NCBI GenBank assembly: GCA_040758355.1 | Contig: JBFLWF010000007.1 | Location: 38,573 to 102,572 of the forward strand | Reading direction: 5' to 3' | Length of the DNA: 64,000 bases | Source: Nitrospirota bacterium | GTDB lineage: Bacteria > Nitrospirota > Thermodesulfovibrionia > Thermodesulfovibrionales > Dissulfurispiraceae | Shown here: positions 38,019-49,320 of the stretch, in pieces | How positions within the stretch are numbered: position 1 is the first letter of the stretch | Layout: every line of letters starts with the position of its first letter | The notes under the pieces: generated by a model | What the model saw: only the letters and a program-made list of their open reading frames with translations | What the model was told of the DNA's origin: nothing | Database searches by the model: none | Program-made: the position numbers and the translations under genes

Positions 38019-39998
38019 ATGGGGCTGAAAGACTGGACAATAAGGAGAAAATTGAATGTTTCTGTCGGTCTGGTTATTTTTATGGTATTGATGGTAATAG
38101 GCTTCTCTGTGTTCGTAATCGGGGAGATGACAGAATTCAAACAGGATGTTATCAATTACAGGACTGTCCAGCATGAAGTGAAAATCGCGAAGGATTTACA
38201 GCTCAGGGTTGCGAATATATGGCAGTTTTTCACTGATGCGTCGCTGACAAAAGATAGAAAGGTTATCGATGAAGAGGCAAAGCCCAATCTGGATCTGGCG
38301 TACAAGGATATTGAAAAGATAATGGAGATAGACAAAGATAAGCCGGAGCATATCAAGAAATTGGAGGCCATGAAGGCTGACCTGTCCAAATTGTGGGAGA
38401 CAGGCAATAAAATGTATGACTCATACGTTGCTGACTGGCAAAAGGGCAATGCGGTTATGGAGGAATACGATAAGATATGCGACAAGGTAATCCAGGGGGC
38501 TGAAGCCTATGTCAGCGGAGAAGATAGGGATGCCGAAGCAGCAGTAGAGGAAATGCTTCAGATGTCTGCGAGGACAATAAGAATAACCACAATCATTGCC
38601 TTTTGGGTGGGACTAACAGCTCTGGCAGTTGTCTCCTTTATGCTGATTTTAAGAAGGATTGCAAGACCTCTTTCGGATTTGACAGAGAAAATGGAACAGA
38701 TTGCCAATGGGGATTTAAGGGCAACCATGGATTGTGCAAACAAGGACGAAATAGGAGCCCTATGCCAGAGTGCCAACAAAATGATTCAGTCCTTCAATAA
38801 TATGATAAACGGCATACTCGCATCATCCAGCAATGTGGTGTCCACAGTAGATGTATTAAGGGTGAGGGCAGAAAAGACCACGGAAGGTGCGCAGAATCAG
38901 TCAAGCCAGGCGCACCAGATAGCAACAGCAGCCTCGGAGATGAGCCAGACAATAACGGACATAGCAAGGAACGCATCCGTGGCTTCAGATACATCAACCA
39001 ATGCTATGGATGTTGCCGAGGGAGGCAAAGAGATTGCAGATAACGCAGTGGAAACAGTAAACAAGGTTTACACATCCACAGTTGAGCTTGCTACAATGGT
39101 GGAAAAACTTAATAACAGGACAGCAGAGATAGGAGATATCGTAACGGTTATTAAAGACATCGCAGACCAGACGAACCTTCTTGCTTTGAATGCTGCGATA
39201 GAGGCTGCCCGCGCAGGAGAGCAGGGAAGGGGTTTTGCAGTAGTTGCCGACGAAGTAAGGAAGCTTGCAGAAAGGACAGTGAAGGCAACAACAGAGATAA
39301 CGGACAAGATAAGCACAGTGCAGTCGGAATCCGAGCAGACAATGAAATCCATGTCAGATGCATCAGGAGAGGTAACAAAGGCAACACAGTATATAAGAAA
39401 TGTGGGCGATGCCCTGCTATCAATAGTGCATGCAGTACAGAAAGTACGTGACCAGATAACACAGATAGCAACGGCAGTTGACGAGCAGTCGGCGGCATCT
39501 GAGGAAGTGGCAAAGAACATAGAAAAGACATCAGCCATATCAAAGGATATGGAGAAGATGGCGGATGACGTTATGCATCAGGTAAACACATTGACAAAGA
39601 TATCGGAGGAACTGAGAAATTCAACAGCAGGATTCAAGACAAAGGGAAGCGAACTGATGATACTCGACATCGCAAAAACAGACCACAGGGTGTTTGTTGG
39701 AAAAATAGCATCGTGTCTGAAAGGAGATTTAACACTCGACCCGTCACAGTTGCCGGATCACCATAACTGCAGGTTCGGCAAATGGTATTTCGGAGAGGGT
39801 ATGCAGATGTGCGGCAGCCTCTCATCATTTAAGGCAGTAGATGACCCCCATGCAAGGATACATGCGCTGGCAAAAGAAGCGGTTTCAGCACACAATTCAG
39901 GAGACAAGCTAAAAGCAGAAAGACTTTATAAAGAGATAGAGAACATATCAGACCAGATAGGAAGCCTCCTTGATGGTGTTAAGAGGGAATGCAAATAA
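38019..39998 (+). CDS. Methyl-accepting chemotaxis protein with C-terminal CZB domain
   Basis: Two TMs, HAMP, MCP hairpin signature, [11 protein letters not shown]. Confidence 0.93.
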   Translation: MGLKDWTIRRKLNVSVGLVIFMVLMVIGFSVFVIGEMTEFKQDVINYRTVQHEVKIAKDLQLRVANIWQFFTDASLTKDRKVIDEEAKPNLDLAYKDIEKIMEIDKDKPEHIKKLEAMKADLSKLWETGNKMYDSYVADWQKGNAVMEEYDKICDKVIQGAEAYVSGEDRDAEAAVEEMLQMSARTIRITTIIAFWVGLTALAVVSFMLILRRIARPLSDLTEKMEQIANGDLRATMDCANKDEIGALCQSANKMIQSFNNMINGILASSSNVVSTVDVLRVRAEKTTEGAQNQSSQAHQIATAASEMSQTITDIARNASVASDTSTNAMDVAEGGKEIADNAVETVNKVYTSTVELATMVEKLNNRTAEIGDIVTVIKDIADQTNLLALNAAIEAARAGEQGRGFAVVADEVRKLAERTVKATTEITDKISTVQSESEQTMKSMSDASGEVTKATQYIRNVGDALLSIVHAVQKVRDQITQIATAVDEQSAASEEVAKNIEKTSAISKDMEKMADDVMHQVNTLTKISEELRNSTAGFKTKGSELMILDIAKTDHRVFVGKIASCLKGDLTLDPSQLPDHHNCRFGKWYFGEGMQMCGSLSSFKAVDDPHARIHALAKEAVSAHNSGDKLKAERLYKEIENISDQIGSLLDGVKRECK

Positions 39999-40154
39999 GA
40001 AAGAAATTGGTTGTCAGAAAGTTTAAGAACATCTAAACTTATTGATTTTAAAGGGATTGATAATTTTTATGAACTAAATTATTATATTTTAAAACAGTCG
40101 AATATAATGTAATTAAATTGCCACTAAGTCAGGGGAGAAAGGGAGGGAGGCGCA

Positions 40155-40892
40155 GTGGTAATTAAGAAATCCTTACCGACCACAGCAGTAATTTCGATTC
40201 TATCGATATTGCTGTTTTCTTTCGAACCTTCTGCAAGTCAGAAGGAAGAACCTATTGCAAAAGCAGTTGCCGACTATCTTGTGGCAGGCAGGGCAGTGGT
40301 AGCTAAAACCCAGCCGCTTATCAATGATCCTTCAAAAGGCTATAAAGGATTTACCCCTGATGCATATGCCGAACAGGTGCGTGAAGTATTTAAGGTCATG
40401 ACAGGAATGGATGTAAAAACCCTTTCACTCTCAGACCCTATGGGAAAGGCCTTAATCGACCTGCACGAATCTGCAAAGGAAGCAGTTGCCGATGCACAAG
40501 TGCAGATCAACGAGCACGGAAAGGCATTCAAAGGCTTTATACCCGCGGTGTTTGGAGAAAGGACTGCCAATATTTTTTACAGAAAAAGCATGATAAGGAT
40601 TAAACAGACCAGTCTCAAGTTCAGGGGAGATTATAATGAACCCGATGAATTTGAAGCTGCAATCCTCAAGAAATTTGAGTCGGGATGGGAAAAAGGGAGA
40701 CCGTATTTTGAAGTAATAACCGTTCGTGATAGACAGGTTGCCCGTTACATGCTGCCTGTTTATATCACAAGGGAATGTCTTTCCTGTCATGGCGAGCCCG
40801 CGGGGGAGCTGGATATCGCCGGCAAAAGGAAAGAGGGGTATAAAGAAGGTGATTTAAGAGGCGCTATAAGTGTTAAGGTGCCGGTAAAGTAA
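40155..40892 (+). CDS. Periplasmic c-type heme protein (DUF3365/Tll0287-like)
   Basis: Signal peptide; NEPDEFE, RYMLPVY..CLSCHG, GYKEGDLRGAISV. Confidence 0.85.
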   Translation: MVIKKSLPTTAVISILSILLFSFEPSASQKEEPIAKAVADYLVAGRAVVAKTQPLINDPSKGYKGFTPDAYAEQVREVFKVMTGMDVKTLSLSDPMGKALIDLHESAKEAVADAQVQINEHGKAFKGFIPAVFGERTANIFYRKSMIRIKQTSLKFRGDYNEPDEFEAAILKKFESGWEKGRPYFEVITVRDRQVARYMLPVYITRECLSCHGEPAGELDIAGKRKEGYKEGDLRGAISVKVPVK

Positions 40893-40993
40893 AAAGGAGG
40901 TGGGCAGAAGGGTATAGTCATAATTCGCCTTTGCTGTTAAAAAATATAACTTGTTACAAATAAGATTTCAGACAAATTTAGAGGGAGGGAGAT

Positions 40994-41920
40994 ATGAGGA
41001 TAAATCTGTTTGTGGTATTCATGTCAATAATATTATTGACAGCTCCAACTTTTGGCGAGGAAGTCCTGATCGCAAAAAAAGTTTCAACCGCACCTGCCAT
41101 TGACGGTAAAATGGATCCTGTCTGGGAGACTGCAAAATCAACTGTTATTAAAGTCAGCAGAGTTCCCGATGCTATCGTTGCCAAAAACAAGGAAATGCAG
41201 AAGGGCAAATATGCCAAAAACTGGGAAAAGTCCGAATGGAGCAATGTGTCAGAAGCAGAGATGAAGGCTGTTTATACAGACACGGATGTTTTCTTCTTCG
41301 TAAAATGGAAGGACAGCACAAAAAACGATACCATGAAAATATACCACTGGGACAAGGAGAAGAAAGAGTATATAGAAGGCAAGGAAAAGGAAGACAGGTT
41401 TACTATTCAATTCCCTATTTCCGGCGACTGGAACTCCTGCATGCTCGGAGGCTCTAATTATGTAACAGACATCTGGTTCTGGAAGGCTGCAAGGACCAAT
41501 CCGGTCGGTATAGCCCACGATAAATATCACATCTATTCATTAACTGAAATAAAAGGTAAATATGCCATTCATTATTCGGTTGACGGCAAGACCCTCTATA
41601 TTGCAAGGCCTAATGACGGCAATGTAGAGCCCTACAAGGAAAAGAAGATCGACCCGTTTACACATCAAGGCGATGATGTGCCGCGTTATGAGCCGTTTAT
41701 TCCCGACAATCCGGATGCCGCTGACATTAAGGCTAAGGGCGTATGGGAAAATGGGATGTGGACTCTTGAAATGGGAAGAAAACTCGATACAGGCAACAAG
41801 GATTCAGATGCAGTAATAGACCCGTCAAAGGGCACTTACTTTACCATCGCTGTCCATGACAACAATGCAGACCATTTCCATAATACATCGGGTACCGTGA
41901 AACTGGTTTTTGAGAAGTAG
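40994..41920 (+). CDS. Periplasmic EB_dh/DOMON-like heme b-binding protein
   Basis: [59 protein letters not shown]. Confidence 0.75.
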   Translation: MRINLFVVFMSIILLTAPTFGEEVLIAKKVSTAPAIDGKMDPVWETAKSTVIKVSRVPDAIVAKNKEMQKGKYAKNWEKSEWSNVSEAEMKAVYTDTDVFFFVKWKDSTKNDTMKIYHWDKEKKEYIEGKEKEDRFTIQFPISGDWNSCMLGGSNYVTDIWFWKAARTNPVGIAHDKYHIYSLTEIKGKYAIHYSVDGKTLYIARPNDGNVEPYKEKKIDPFTHQGDDVPRYEPFIPDNPDAADIKAKGVWENGMWTLEMGRKLDTGNKDSDAVIDPSKGTYFTIAVHDNNADHFHNTSGTVKLVFEK

Positions 41921-41921
41921 C

Positions 41922-44075
41922 ATGAAAAGGGTTAAGGGCAGCATATCGAGCAAAATCCAGGGGGGCTATATTATGCTGATAGCCCTCCTCCTCGGGCTTG
42001 GCATTATTTCATCCTTAAGCCTTGAAAAAATGATGATCAGTCTTATGGACATGCGCAAAGGGCTTGAGGCGATCAGTAAGAGTATGAGGCAGTCTATCGA
42101 TCAAATGAAGGCCCTTGAAGGGACTGTAGATGTCCTGAAGAAAAGCGACAAGGACTTTCAGGAACTCAGGGACATGAAAGGCGAGATCGAAAAGAGCAAG
42201 GAGTCCATTCACAAAATAGGGAAAGACCTCGGGATGATCGGCGAGGGGTTCGGCGTAATAAAAAACGATTTGACTGCAATAAGCGGAAACGTGAAGGTGG
42301 TTTCCGATGAACTGGGTGCAATGGCCGGAGATATGAAGGAGTTGATTAAATCTGTCGAGGCTATCAATTCCGAGATGCAGGAATCGTATATAGGGTTTTT
42401 CAACTATCTCAACGAGTACGTAAACAATGTAGACGGAATAATGCAGAATATCGATGCAGTAGAGGCAAATATCAAAAGGTCCTCCGATATCATAGCGAGG
42501 AATAAGCTGGCAGACAGCCAGAAGATCATAGACAGGATGAAGGAAGACCTGAGACGATACAGGCGCTTTGTGAACGACCTCGGAGAGACCACCAGTACCC
42601 AGCAGATAAGCGAGATCAAAAAGCGTCTTGTTGATTACGGCACAAGGATACAGAAGGACGCCAAACAGTTGAGGAACAGCACATGGGCCATGGTGGATGC
42701 CAGATATAAGAATGCCTTGTCCGTAGCTTCCAGGGCCAATACATCAGCGTCAGATGCAATTAACAATAGTGCTAAATTTGTCGGCAAGGTCAAAGAATCG
42801 ACAGATGTTGCCATTAAGTCAAGCAGCTTGCTGGGTAAACTTACAGAGAGATTGACCATGGCAATCACAAATGTCGACAAGAGCCTGGGACAGGTTCCTG
42901 AGGCAATAGGCAAGGCCACAAAATCTATGGATATGGTAAAGGAATCCATGGTAGGAACCGAGACAGCCATGAAATCCACAGAGGGCTCGGTTAAACAAGG
43001 GAGATTTATACGTATTGTTCTTATTGTCGTGTGTCTTATTGCGGTGGCATTTGGAGTATTTGTTGTGTATGGAGTGTATCGCATCATCGTGAACCCCCTT
43101 TCGAGGTTTACTTCAGGCGTCAGGCAGGCATCGGAATACGACCTTACAGTGTCGATAGAAGATAAGGGCACCAGTGGCGAGATAAAGGAGTTGATCGACG
43201 GGTTTAACCGGTTAATGAAGAACATCAGGGAAAGCATCAAGGGAGTACATGGGTTGAGCGCCAGCGTATTTGAGCGCTCGCAGGAGTTCAATTCTCTATC
43301 TTCAAAGATAACCAATGATATGGGCAAGCAAGCTTACGGCACCGGGAGATCTTTGGTTGCCGTTCAGGAGATGTCAGCCACAATTACCGATATTGCCAAA
43401 AATACGGAGAGTGCGGCTTCATCTGCCAATGAGGCAAATGCATCAGCCGAAAAAGGGCTTGCTGTAGTGAATAATACTACCGGAAGCATGCGCGAAATTG
43501 CATCTTCGCTTGATACGGCATTGACCGGCGTTTCCGAGCTCTCTGAAGACTCCAAAAAGATCTCGGAGATTACACAGATAATCAATGAAATAGCAGACCA
43601 GACCAACCTCCTTGCATTAAATGCAGCCATTGAGGCGGCAAGGGCAGGCGAGCAGGGGCGCGGTTTTGCAGTCGTTGCGGACGAGGTCAGGAAGCTTGCT
43701 GAAAGGACAGGCAGTGCCACTCAGGACATTTCCGATATGATCAGGAGGATTCAGGCGAGGATAGAGCATAATGTGAAAGAGATGAATGAGTGCGGCCGCA
43801 AATCAGAAGACGGGGTTAGAAATGCAGCCGAAGCCGGAGAAGCACTGCAGCAGATCAACGAGGCGATCGGTAAGGTGAATGACATGACGAACAGGATTGT
43901 TGCAGCCATAGAGGAGCAGTCTGCCGCATCAAACGAGGTTGCTGAAGGCATCTCCAATATCAACATTATTTCCGAAGAGACAAATAGAAGTGCTGCCGAA
44001 CTTGCAAAACATGCACAGGAACTCCTTCATCTTGCAGAGTCCCTTAGAAAGCAGGTCAGCATTTTCAAGGTTTAA
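41922..44075 (+). CDS. Methyl-accepting chemotaxis protein with long helical periplasmic domain
   Basis: Two TMs about 330 aa apart, HAMP, MCP signature; start set to ATG 41922. Confidence 0.9.
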   Translation: MKRVKGSISSKIQGGYIMLIALLLGLGIISSLSLEKMMISLMDMRKGLEAISKSMRQSIDQMKALEGTVDVLKKSDKDFQELRDMKGEIEKSKESIHKIGKDLGMIGEGFGVIKNDLTAISGNVKVVSDELGAMAGDMKELIKSVEAINSEMQESYIGFFNYLNEYVNNVDGIMQNIDAVEANIKRSSDIIARNKLADSQKIIDRMKEDLRRYRRFVNDLGETTSTQQISEIKKRLVDYGTRIQKDAKQLRNSTWAMVDARYKNALSVASRANTSASDAINNSAKFVGKVKESTDVAIKSSSLLGKLTERLTMAITNVDKSLGQVPEAIGKATKSMDMVKESMVGTETAMKSTEGSVKQGRFIRIVLIVVCLIAVAFGVFVVYGVYRIIVNPLSRFTSGVRQASEYDLTVSIEDKGTSGEIKELIDGFNRLMKNIRESIKGVHGLSASVFERSQEFNSLSSKITNDMGKQAYGTGRSLVAVQEMSATITDIAKNTESAASSANEANASAEKGLAVVNNTTGSMREIASSLDTALTGVSELSEDSKKISEITQIINEIADQTNLLALNAAIEAARAGEQGRGFAVVADEVRKLAERTGSATQDISDMIRRIQARIEHNVKEMNECGRKSEDGVRNAAEAGEALQQINEAIGKVNDMTNRIVAAIEEQSAASNEVAEGISNINIISEETNRSAAELAKHAQELLHLAESLRKQVSIFKV

Positions 44076-44749
44076 TGCAACTAAGATTGCCATTCGTACT
44101 TAATGAAGACTCACTCAGGGACTATCTCGGGAAGATAACAGGCAAAAGCATTTCCTTAAAGATTACAGACAACTCCACCAGCATGATTTCATTGAAGACA
44201 AAAGGCGGGATTGTGCATGTCAGGCTTCACAGGATTTTTCTTGATGCAGGCAATAATGTTATTTTCGAGATAGCGCAGTTCATAAAAAACAGAAAGGCAA
44301 GGACGCCGCTCATCAGAGATTTCATAAAGCAGAACAGTAATTGCCTGAAGAAGAAGCCTCCCAAAAAATTAAGTATTAATACACAGGGTAAATATTACGA
44401 CCTTCGTGAAATATATGCAAATGTAAACGGTGAATACTTTAACGGAAGGGTTACAGCCTCTATTACATGGGGAATAAAGATCTCCCGTTATGCTGTGAGA
44501 AGGAGGACACTTGGAAGTTACAGCAGCCATACGAATACCATAAGGATCAATCCAATTCTCGATAAAAAATCGGTTCCACGTTATTTTATAGAATTCATTG
44601 TTTACCATGAAATGCTCCATGCCGACATGGATGTTGAGGCCAAAAACGGCAGGCGTTCTGTGCATTCGAGAGAATTCAAAAGGCGAGAGAAATTGTTCAA
44701 ACATTACGAAAGGGTTGTGGCTTGGGAGAAGGGAAAGGCAGTGGAGTGA
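44075..44749 (+). CDS. SprT-like/M48-like zinc metalloprotease
   Basis: RTLGSY..IRINPILD..YHEMLH..HSREFK. Confidence 0.8.
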   Translation: MQLRLPFVLNEDSLRDYLGKITGKSISLKITDNSTSMISLKTKGGIVHVRLHRIFLDAGNNVIFEIAQFIKNRKARTPLIRDFIKQNSNCLKKKPPKKLSINTQGKYYDLREIYANVNGEYFNGRVTASITWGIKISRYAVRRRTLGSYSSHTNTIRINPILDKKSVPRYFIEFIVYHEMLHADMDVEAKNGRRSVHSREFKRREKLFKHYERVVAWEKGKAVE

Positions 44750-44764
44750 TGGAGGAATGGAGCA

Positions 44765-44914
44765 TTGAAAGGGAAAAATAAAATTGGAAAAAAGAAGAGG
44801 GAAGAAAAAACTCCAAAAAGACAGCAGATTTCCATATGTACAAATAAAGACTGCAAATTAAGAAAGGCAGGGTGCAAGGGATTTGAGGCATGTCCCGGCT
44901 ATAAAGGCAGATAG
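44765..44914 (+). CDS. Small basic 4-Cys protein (49 aa, below ORF-track cutoff)
   Basis: GGAGG at 44751, TTG start; MKGKNKIGKKKREEKTPKRQQISICTNKDCKLRKAGCKGFEACPGYKGR. Confidence 0.55.
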   Translation: MKGKNKIGKKKREEKTPKRQQISICTNKDCKLRKAGCKGFEACPGYKGR

Positions 44915-44919
44915 GAATA

Positions 44920-45606
44920 TTAAGAAATATGAAGCTCTATGAGGTTAGGAATTTCTTTTAAAACCTTTAGAAACTCCGTTAATTGTGCGTAATCCTTATA
45001 CCTGAGTGATACCTCTTGTTCGACGATGTTCTGTTCCTTCATAAATTTAATTTTGGCATCTAAAACTTTGATGTTATAGCCATTGATAAATTCCGCTATT
45101 TTTAATTCCTCTGCGCCCTTTATCTTGATTATCAGGATGGAATAACGGTTTTTCGGAAGTATATCCTCGATATTCTTAAGGACTGCAAGGTTTACAAGTA
45201 CGAGAAAAGTTGCAAAGCCGGCTGTAATGTATTCCCCGAATCCCACTGCCATACCGATTGCACTGACCATCCAGAGTGTTGCAGCAGTAGTCAGTCCCCT
45301 TATTGATATCCCATGTCTCAATATTGCACCTGCGCCAAGAAAGCCGATACCAACTACAATCTGTGCTGCAATTCTTCCCGGGTCTGTGTATGCGCCGTAA
45401 ATTTTATAAACATGAACGGAAGCGATAGTAAATAGACATGAACCGAGGCAGACAAGAAGCTGCGTGCGGAAGCCTGCGGTCTGTCCGCCGATCTGCCTTT
45501 CGATCCCTATAAGTCCGCCGAGTGCTGCAGCAATGAGGAGTTTTAAAAAGTTTTCCAATATTGCCTCCAAAACAAATGTTAGGTTAATTATACTATATTT
45601 TTCCAT
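44920..45606 (-). CDS. MgtC/SapB family membrane protein
   Basis: GIERQ..AGFRT, RIAAQIVVGIGFLGAGAI, GLTTAATLW; start may be a downstream TTG. Confidence 0.9.
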   Translation of the reverse strand: MEKYSIINLTFVLEAILENFLKLLIAAALGGLIGIERQIGGQTAGFRTQLLVCLGSCLFTIASVHVYKIYGAYTDPGRIAAQIVVGIGFLGAGAILRHGISIRGLTTAATLWMVSAIGMAVGFGEYITAGFATFLVLVNLAVLKNIEDILPKNRYSILIIKIKGAEELKIAEFINGYNIKVLDAKIKFMKEQNIVEQEVSLRYKDYAQLTEFLKVLKEIPNLIELHIS

Positions 45607-45647
45607 ATGTTGACTTAGCTGAATTTAGGCAAGTATAATCATCAGTT

Positions 45648-47123
45648 ATGGAAGAAACGAATGAACTTATAGAACAGCGTTTTAAAAAGCTCGATGAACT
45701 GCGCAGCCTCGAAATCGATCCGTATGACGGACGTTTTGACCCTGAATCAACCGCTGCAGAACTTCATGCAAAACATGGGGATTCTGATAAAGAGTCCTTA
45801 GAGTCCAATAATATAAATACCTCTGTTGCCGGCAGGATTATTGCCATGAGGGACTTCGGCAAGGCATCATTCGCCCACATTCAGGATGCTACAGGCAAGA
45901 TTCAGATATACCTCAAAAAAGATGTCATCGGGGAGAAATATTCCCTCATTAAAAAGCTCGATATCGGCGACATCATAGGTGTCAGCGGCAGACTGTTCAG
46001 GACAAAGACGGACGATCTCACCATCGAGGTCAATGACTTCATTTTTCTGAGCAAATCCCTGAGGCCATTGCCTGAGAAGTGGCATGGTCTTAAAGATATA
46101 GAACTCAGATACAGGCAGAGATATGTTGACCTTATTGTCAATCCTGAAGTGAAGGATGTATTTGCAAAGAGAAGCGCTATTATGAAGGCTATGAGGGATT
46201 TCTTCGAGTCCCACGGCTTTATCGAGGTCGAGACACCCATGATGCACCCCATTCCAGGAGGAGCTGCTGCAAAGCCGTTCAGGACGCATCACATAGCCCT
46301 CGGTATGGAGTTATACCTCAGGATTGCACCGGAGCTTTATCTCAAGAGACTCCTTGTGGGAGGCTATGAGAGGGTTTTCGAGCTGAACAAGAATTTCAGA
46401 AATGAAGGCATATCCACAAAGCACAACCCTGAATTTACAATGCTTGAATTCTATATGGCTTACAAGGATTATAACTTCCTGATGTCCTTTACGGAAGAGA
46501 TCTTCTCATACATTGCAAATCGTGTTCTCGGTACACTAAAGGTGCCTTATGGAGATACAGTAATAGACCTTACTCCGCCGTGGCCGAGGATTCCGATGCT
46601 CGATGCCCTGAAGCAAAAGGGAGTGCCTGATGATGTGATAACAGACCCTGAAAAGGCGAGGAAATGGGCAGAGTCAAAAAAGATAGATATAGACAAAGGA
46701 GCCTCCCATGCCAAGGTGCTGGATGAGATATTCAAGGAATTTGTGGAGCCGGAATTGGTGCAGCCTGTATTCATAATCGACTATCCTGTTGAGCTTTCTC
46801 CCCTTGCAAAGAGGAAGAGGGATAATCCTGAGCTTGTGGAGAGGTTCGAGTTATTTATAGCATCGAGGGAAATAGCCAATGCATTTTCCGAATTGAACGA
46901 CCCCGTTGATCAGAAGGAGAGGTTTTTAAAGCAGGTGGAGGCAAAGAAAAGGGGAGACGAAGAGGCCCACTGGATGGACGAGGACTTTGTAAAGGCGCTG
47001 GAGTATGGCATGCCGCCTGCCGCCGGCGAGGGAATAGGCATAGACAGGCTGATCATGCTGCTCACCAACTCCCAATCCATAAGGGATGTAATACTTTTCC
47101 CGCAATTAAAACCAGAGCAATAA
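45648..47123 (+). CDS. lysS: Lysyl-tRNA synthetase (class II)
   Basis: RYRQRYVDL, GGAAAKPF, LRIAPELYLKRL, FRNEG, YGMPP..GIGIDRL. Confidence 0.97.
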   Translation: MEETNELIEQRFKKLDELRSLEIDPYDGRFDPESTAAELHAKHGDSDKESLESNNINTSVAGRIIAMRDFGKASFAHIQDATGKIQIYLKKDVIGEKYSLIKKLDIGDIIGVSGRLFRTKTDDLTIEVNDFIFLSKSLRPLPEKWHGLKDIELRYRQRYVDLIVNPEVKDVFAKRSAIMKAMRDFFESHGFIEVETPMMHPIPGGAAAKPFRTHHIALGMELYLRIAPELYLKRLLVGGYERVFELNKNFRNEGISTKHNPEFTMLEFYMAYKDYNFLMSFTEEIFSYIANRVLGTLKVPYGDTVIDLTPPWPRIPMLDALKQKGVPDDVITDPEKARKWAESKKIDIDKGASHAKVLDEIFKEFVEPELVQPVFIIDYPVELSPLAKRKRDNPELVERFELFIASREIANAFSELNDPVDQKERFLKQVEAKKRGDEEAHWMDEDFVKALEYGMPPAAGEGIGIDRLIMLLTNSQSIRDVILFPQLKPEQ

Positions 47124-48344
47124 ATGAATCTACCTTATCAATTATTCATTGCCTTAAGGTATCTGAAGTCGAAAAAAAAGCATAAAGGCATCTCTTTCAA
47201 CACAGTCATATCCATCAGCGGCGTTGCCGTTGGTGTGATGGCGCTCCTTGTTGTGCTTTCTGTTATGAGCGGTTTCCATGAAGACCTGCAGAAAAAGATA
47301 CTTGGAGCCAATGCCCACGCAGTAGTTCTCAGTTACAAAGGCGGGATTGAAGATTACAGTTCAGTGATGGAGAAGCTCAGGAATGAGCCCCATGTTGTTT
47401 CTATGTCCCCCTTTGTCCTCGGACAGGTAATGGTATCTTCGGGAAGAAGGGCGCACGGCGTTTTTCTAAGGGGGATAGAGCCTTCTTCTGAATTAAAGAC
47501 CACGGATATTTTGAGGCATATCAAAGAAGGCAGCATTGAAGAAATAACGGGTCAAGGGTGGATAATCCTTGGCAAAGAGCTTGCTTCGATGGTAGGTGTT
47601 ATTGCAGGGGATACTGTTAATCTGATATCTCCTGTTGGTGAAATAGGGCCGTTGGGAATGCTGCCGAGGGTAAAGCAATTCAGGGTTGCTGCCGTATTTG
47701 AGATGGGCATGTTTGAGTATGACACAAACCTTGCCTTCACAGACATAAAATCCGCACAGGAGTTTTTCGGCTACGGCAGCGCTGTCTCCGGAATTCAATT
47801 GCGCCTTGACGACATTTACAAGGCGGCGTCTGTCCGGGATTCTGTAAATAAAAAGATCGGTTTCCCTTACTATGCGAGGGACTGGATGCAGATGAACAGG
47901 AATTTATTCTCTGCACTGAAATTGGAGAAGTTTGCAATGTTTATCATATTGATACTTATTGTGCTGGTTGCATCTTTCAATATCGTCAGCACCCTGATGA
48001 TGAATGTCATGGAAAAGCAGAAGGAGATAGCCATATTAAAGGCAATGGGTGCGAAAAATCAGGGCATTATGATGGTCTTCATGATTCAGGGATTACTGAT
48101 AGGGATAATCGGCACTGTGATTGGCGTGACAGGAGGGTATGTCCTCGGAAAGATAATAAACAACTATGAGATTATAAAGCTCCCTGCAGATGTGTATTAC
48201 CTGAGCAAACTTCCGGTCAAGATGAAACTCATAGACTTTATTGCTGTATCGTTTTCGGCAATTGCCATAAGCTTTCTTTCAACATTATACCCTTCATACT
48301 ATGCAGCAAAACTAAACCCTGTCGAGCCATTGAGGTATGAATAA
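47124..48344 (+). CDS. Lipoprotein-releasing ABC permease LolC/E
   Basis: ALRYLKSKK, VLSVMSGF, EKFAMFIIL, EIAILKAMGA, NPVEPLRYE. Confidence 0.92.
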   Translation: MNLPYQLFIALRYLKSKKKHKGISFNTVISISGVAVGVMALLVVLSVMSGFHEDLQKKILGANAHAVVLSYKGGIEDYSSVMEKLRNEPHVVSMSPFVLGQVMVSSGRRAHGVFLRGIEPSSELKTTDILRHIKEGSIEEITGQGWIILGKELASMVGVIAGDTVNLISPVGEIGPLGMLPRVKQFRVAAVFEMGMFEYDTNLAFTDIKSAQEFFGYGSAVSGIQLRLDDIYKAASVRDSVNKKIGFPYYARDWMQMNRNLFSALKLEKFAMFIILILIVLVASFNIVSTLMMNVMEKQKEIAILKAMGAKNQGIMMVFMIQGLLIGIIGTVIGVTGGYVLGKIINNYEIIKLPADVYYLSKLPVKMKLIDFIAVSFSAIAISFLSTLYPSYYAAKLNPVEPLRYE

Positions 48345-48369
48345 AGGCAGGCAATAGGCGAGAGGCAAC

Positions 48370-48627
48370 ATGTGTAGGATTATTAAAAAAATTATTTGTA
48401 TAGTAATAATCGCTCTGGCATTGTTCATCGGCATCACTATCTGGGGCAAGGGCGGCGATAAGTTTAGATGGATTGGCGAAAAAACAGGCGGGATAATCAA
48501 GAAGGGTGCGGATAAGCTTGGTGAAAAGGCGGATGAGATTAAAGAGAAGACAGGGACCACAAAAGAGAAGGTAAAGAAGTGGACAGGCAAAGAAGAAGAG
48601 AACACCGGAGATAAAGGGAAGAAATGA
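48370..48627 (+). CDS. Small membrane-anchored hypothetical protein
   Basis: N-terminal TM, charged tail, overlaps lolD start. Confidence 0.65.
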   Translation: MCRIIKKIICIVIIALALFIGITIWGKGGDKFRWIGEKTGGIIKKGADKLGEKADEIKEKTGTTKEKVKKWTGKEEENTGDKGKK

Positions 48628-49316
48628 AAGAGCTTATAAGTGTAGAAGGACTCGAAAAATCATTCTATATGCCTGCTGGAGAGCTGAAGGTCTTAAAAGG
48701 AATAGATGCAGTTTTCAATGAAGGAGAGGTAGTCAGCATTGTTGGCGCCTCTGGAGCTGGAAAGAGCACTTTTTTACATGTCCTTGGAACCCTCGATAAA
48801 CCGACATCTGGAAAAGTAATTTACGAACCTGAAATTAATCCCTTTGATTTAAGCAATGGAGAACTTGCGATTTTTAGAAATAAGGTAATAGGATTCATTT
48901 TCCAATTTCATTATCTCCTTCCTGAATTCAGCGCCATAGAGAATGTGATGATGCCGGGAATGATAGCAGTAAGCCATCAGCCGTCAGCCATCAGCCATAG
49001 AGAACTATACGAAAAGGCGGAAAAACTTCTTGATGAGCTTGGTTTATATGCAAGGAAGGATCACAAGCCCGGAGAATTGTCGGGCGGAGAACAGCAGAGG
49101 GTTGCTGTTGCAAGGGCATTATTGCTTGCTCCGAAGGTTGTTCTTGCAGACGAGCCTACAGGCAACCTCGATGCAAAGACAGGAGAAGAACTCTTCAAGC
49201 TGCTGATGGATATAAATCAAAAGCACGGCATAACTTTCATCATTGTAACCCACAATGAATCCCTATCAAAGAGATGCCACAGGACACTGGAGATGGTTGA
49301 CGGGAAGTTGCGTTGA
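48624..49316 (+). CDS. lolD: Lipoprotein-releasing ABC ATPase LolD
   Basis: GASGAGKST, FQFHYLLPEF, LSGGEQQRVA, DEPTGNLD. Confidence 0.92.
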   Translation: MKELISVEGLEKSFYMPAGELKVLKGIDAVFNEGEVVSIVGASGAGKSTFLHVLGTLDKPTSGKVIYEPEINPFDLSNGELAIFRNKVIGFIFQFHYLLPEFSAIENVMMPGMIAVSHQPSAISHRELYEKAEKLLDELGLYARKDHKPGELSGGEQQRVAVARALLLAPKVVLADEPTGNLDAKTGEELFKLLMDINQKHGITFIIVTHNESLSKRCHRTLEMVDGKLR

Positions 49317-49320
49317 ATGG

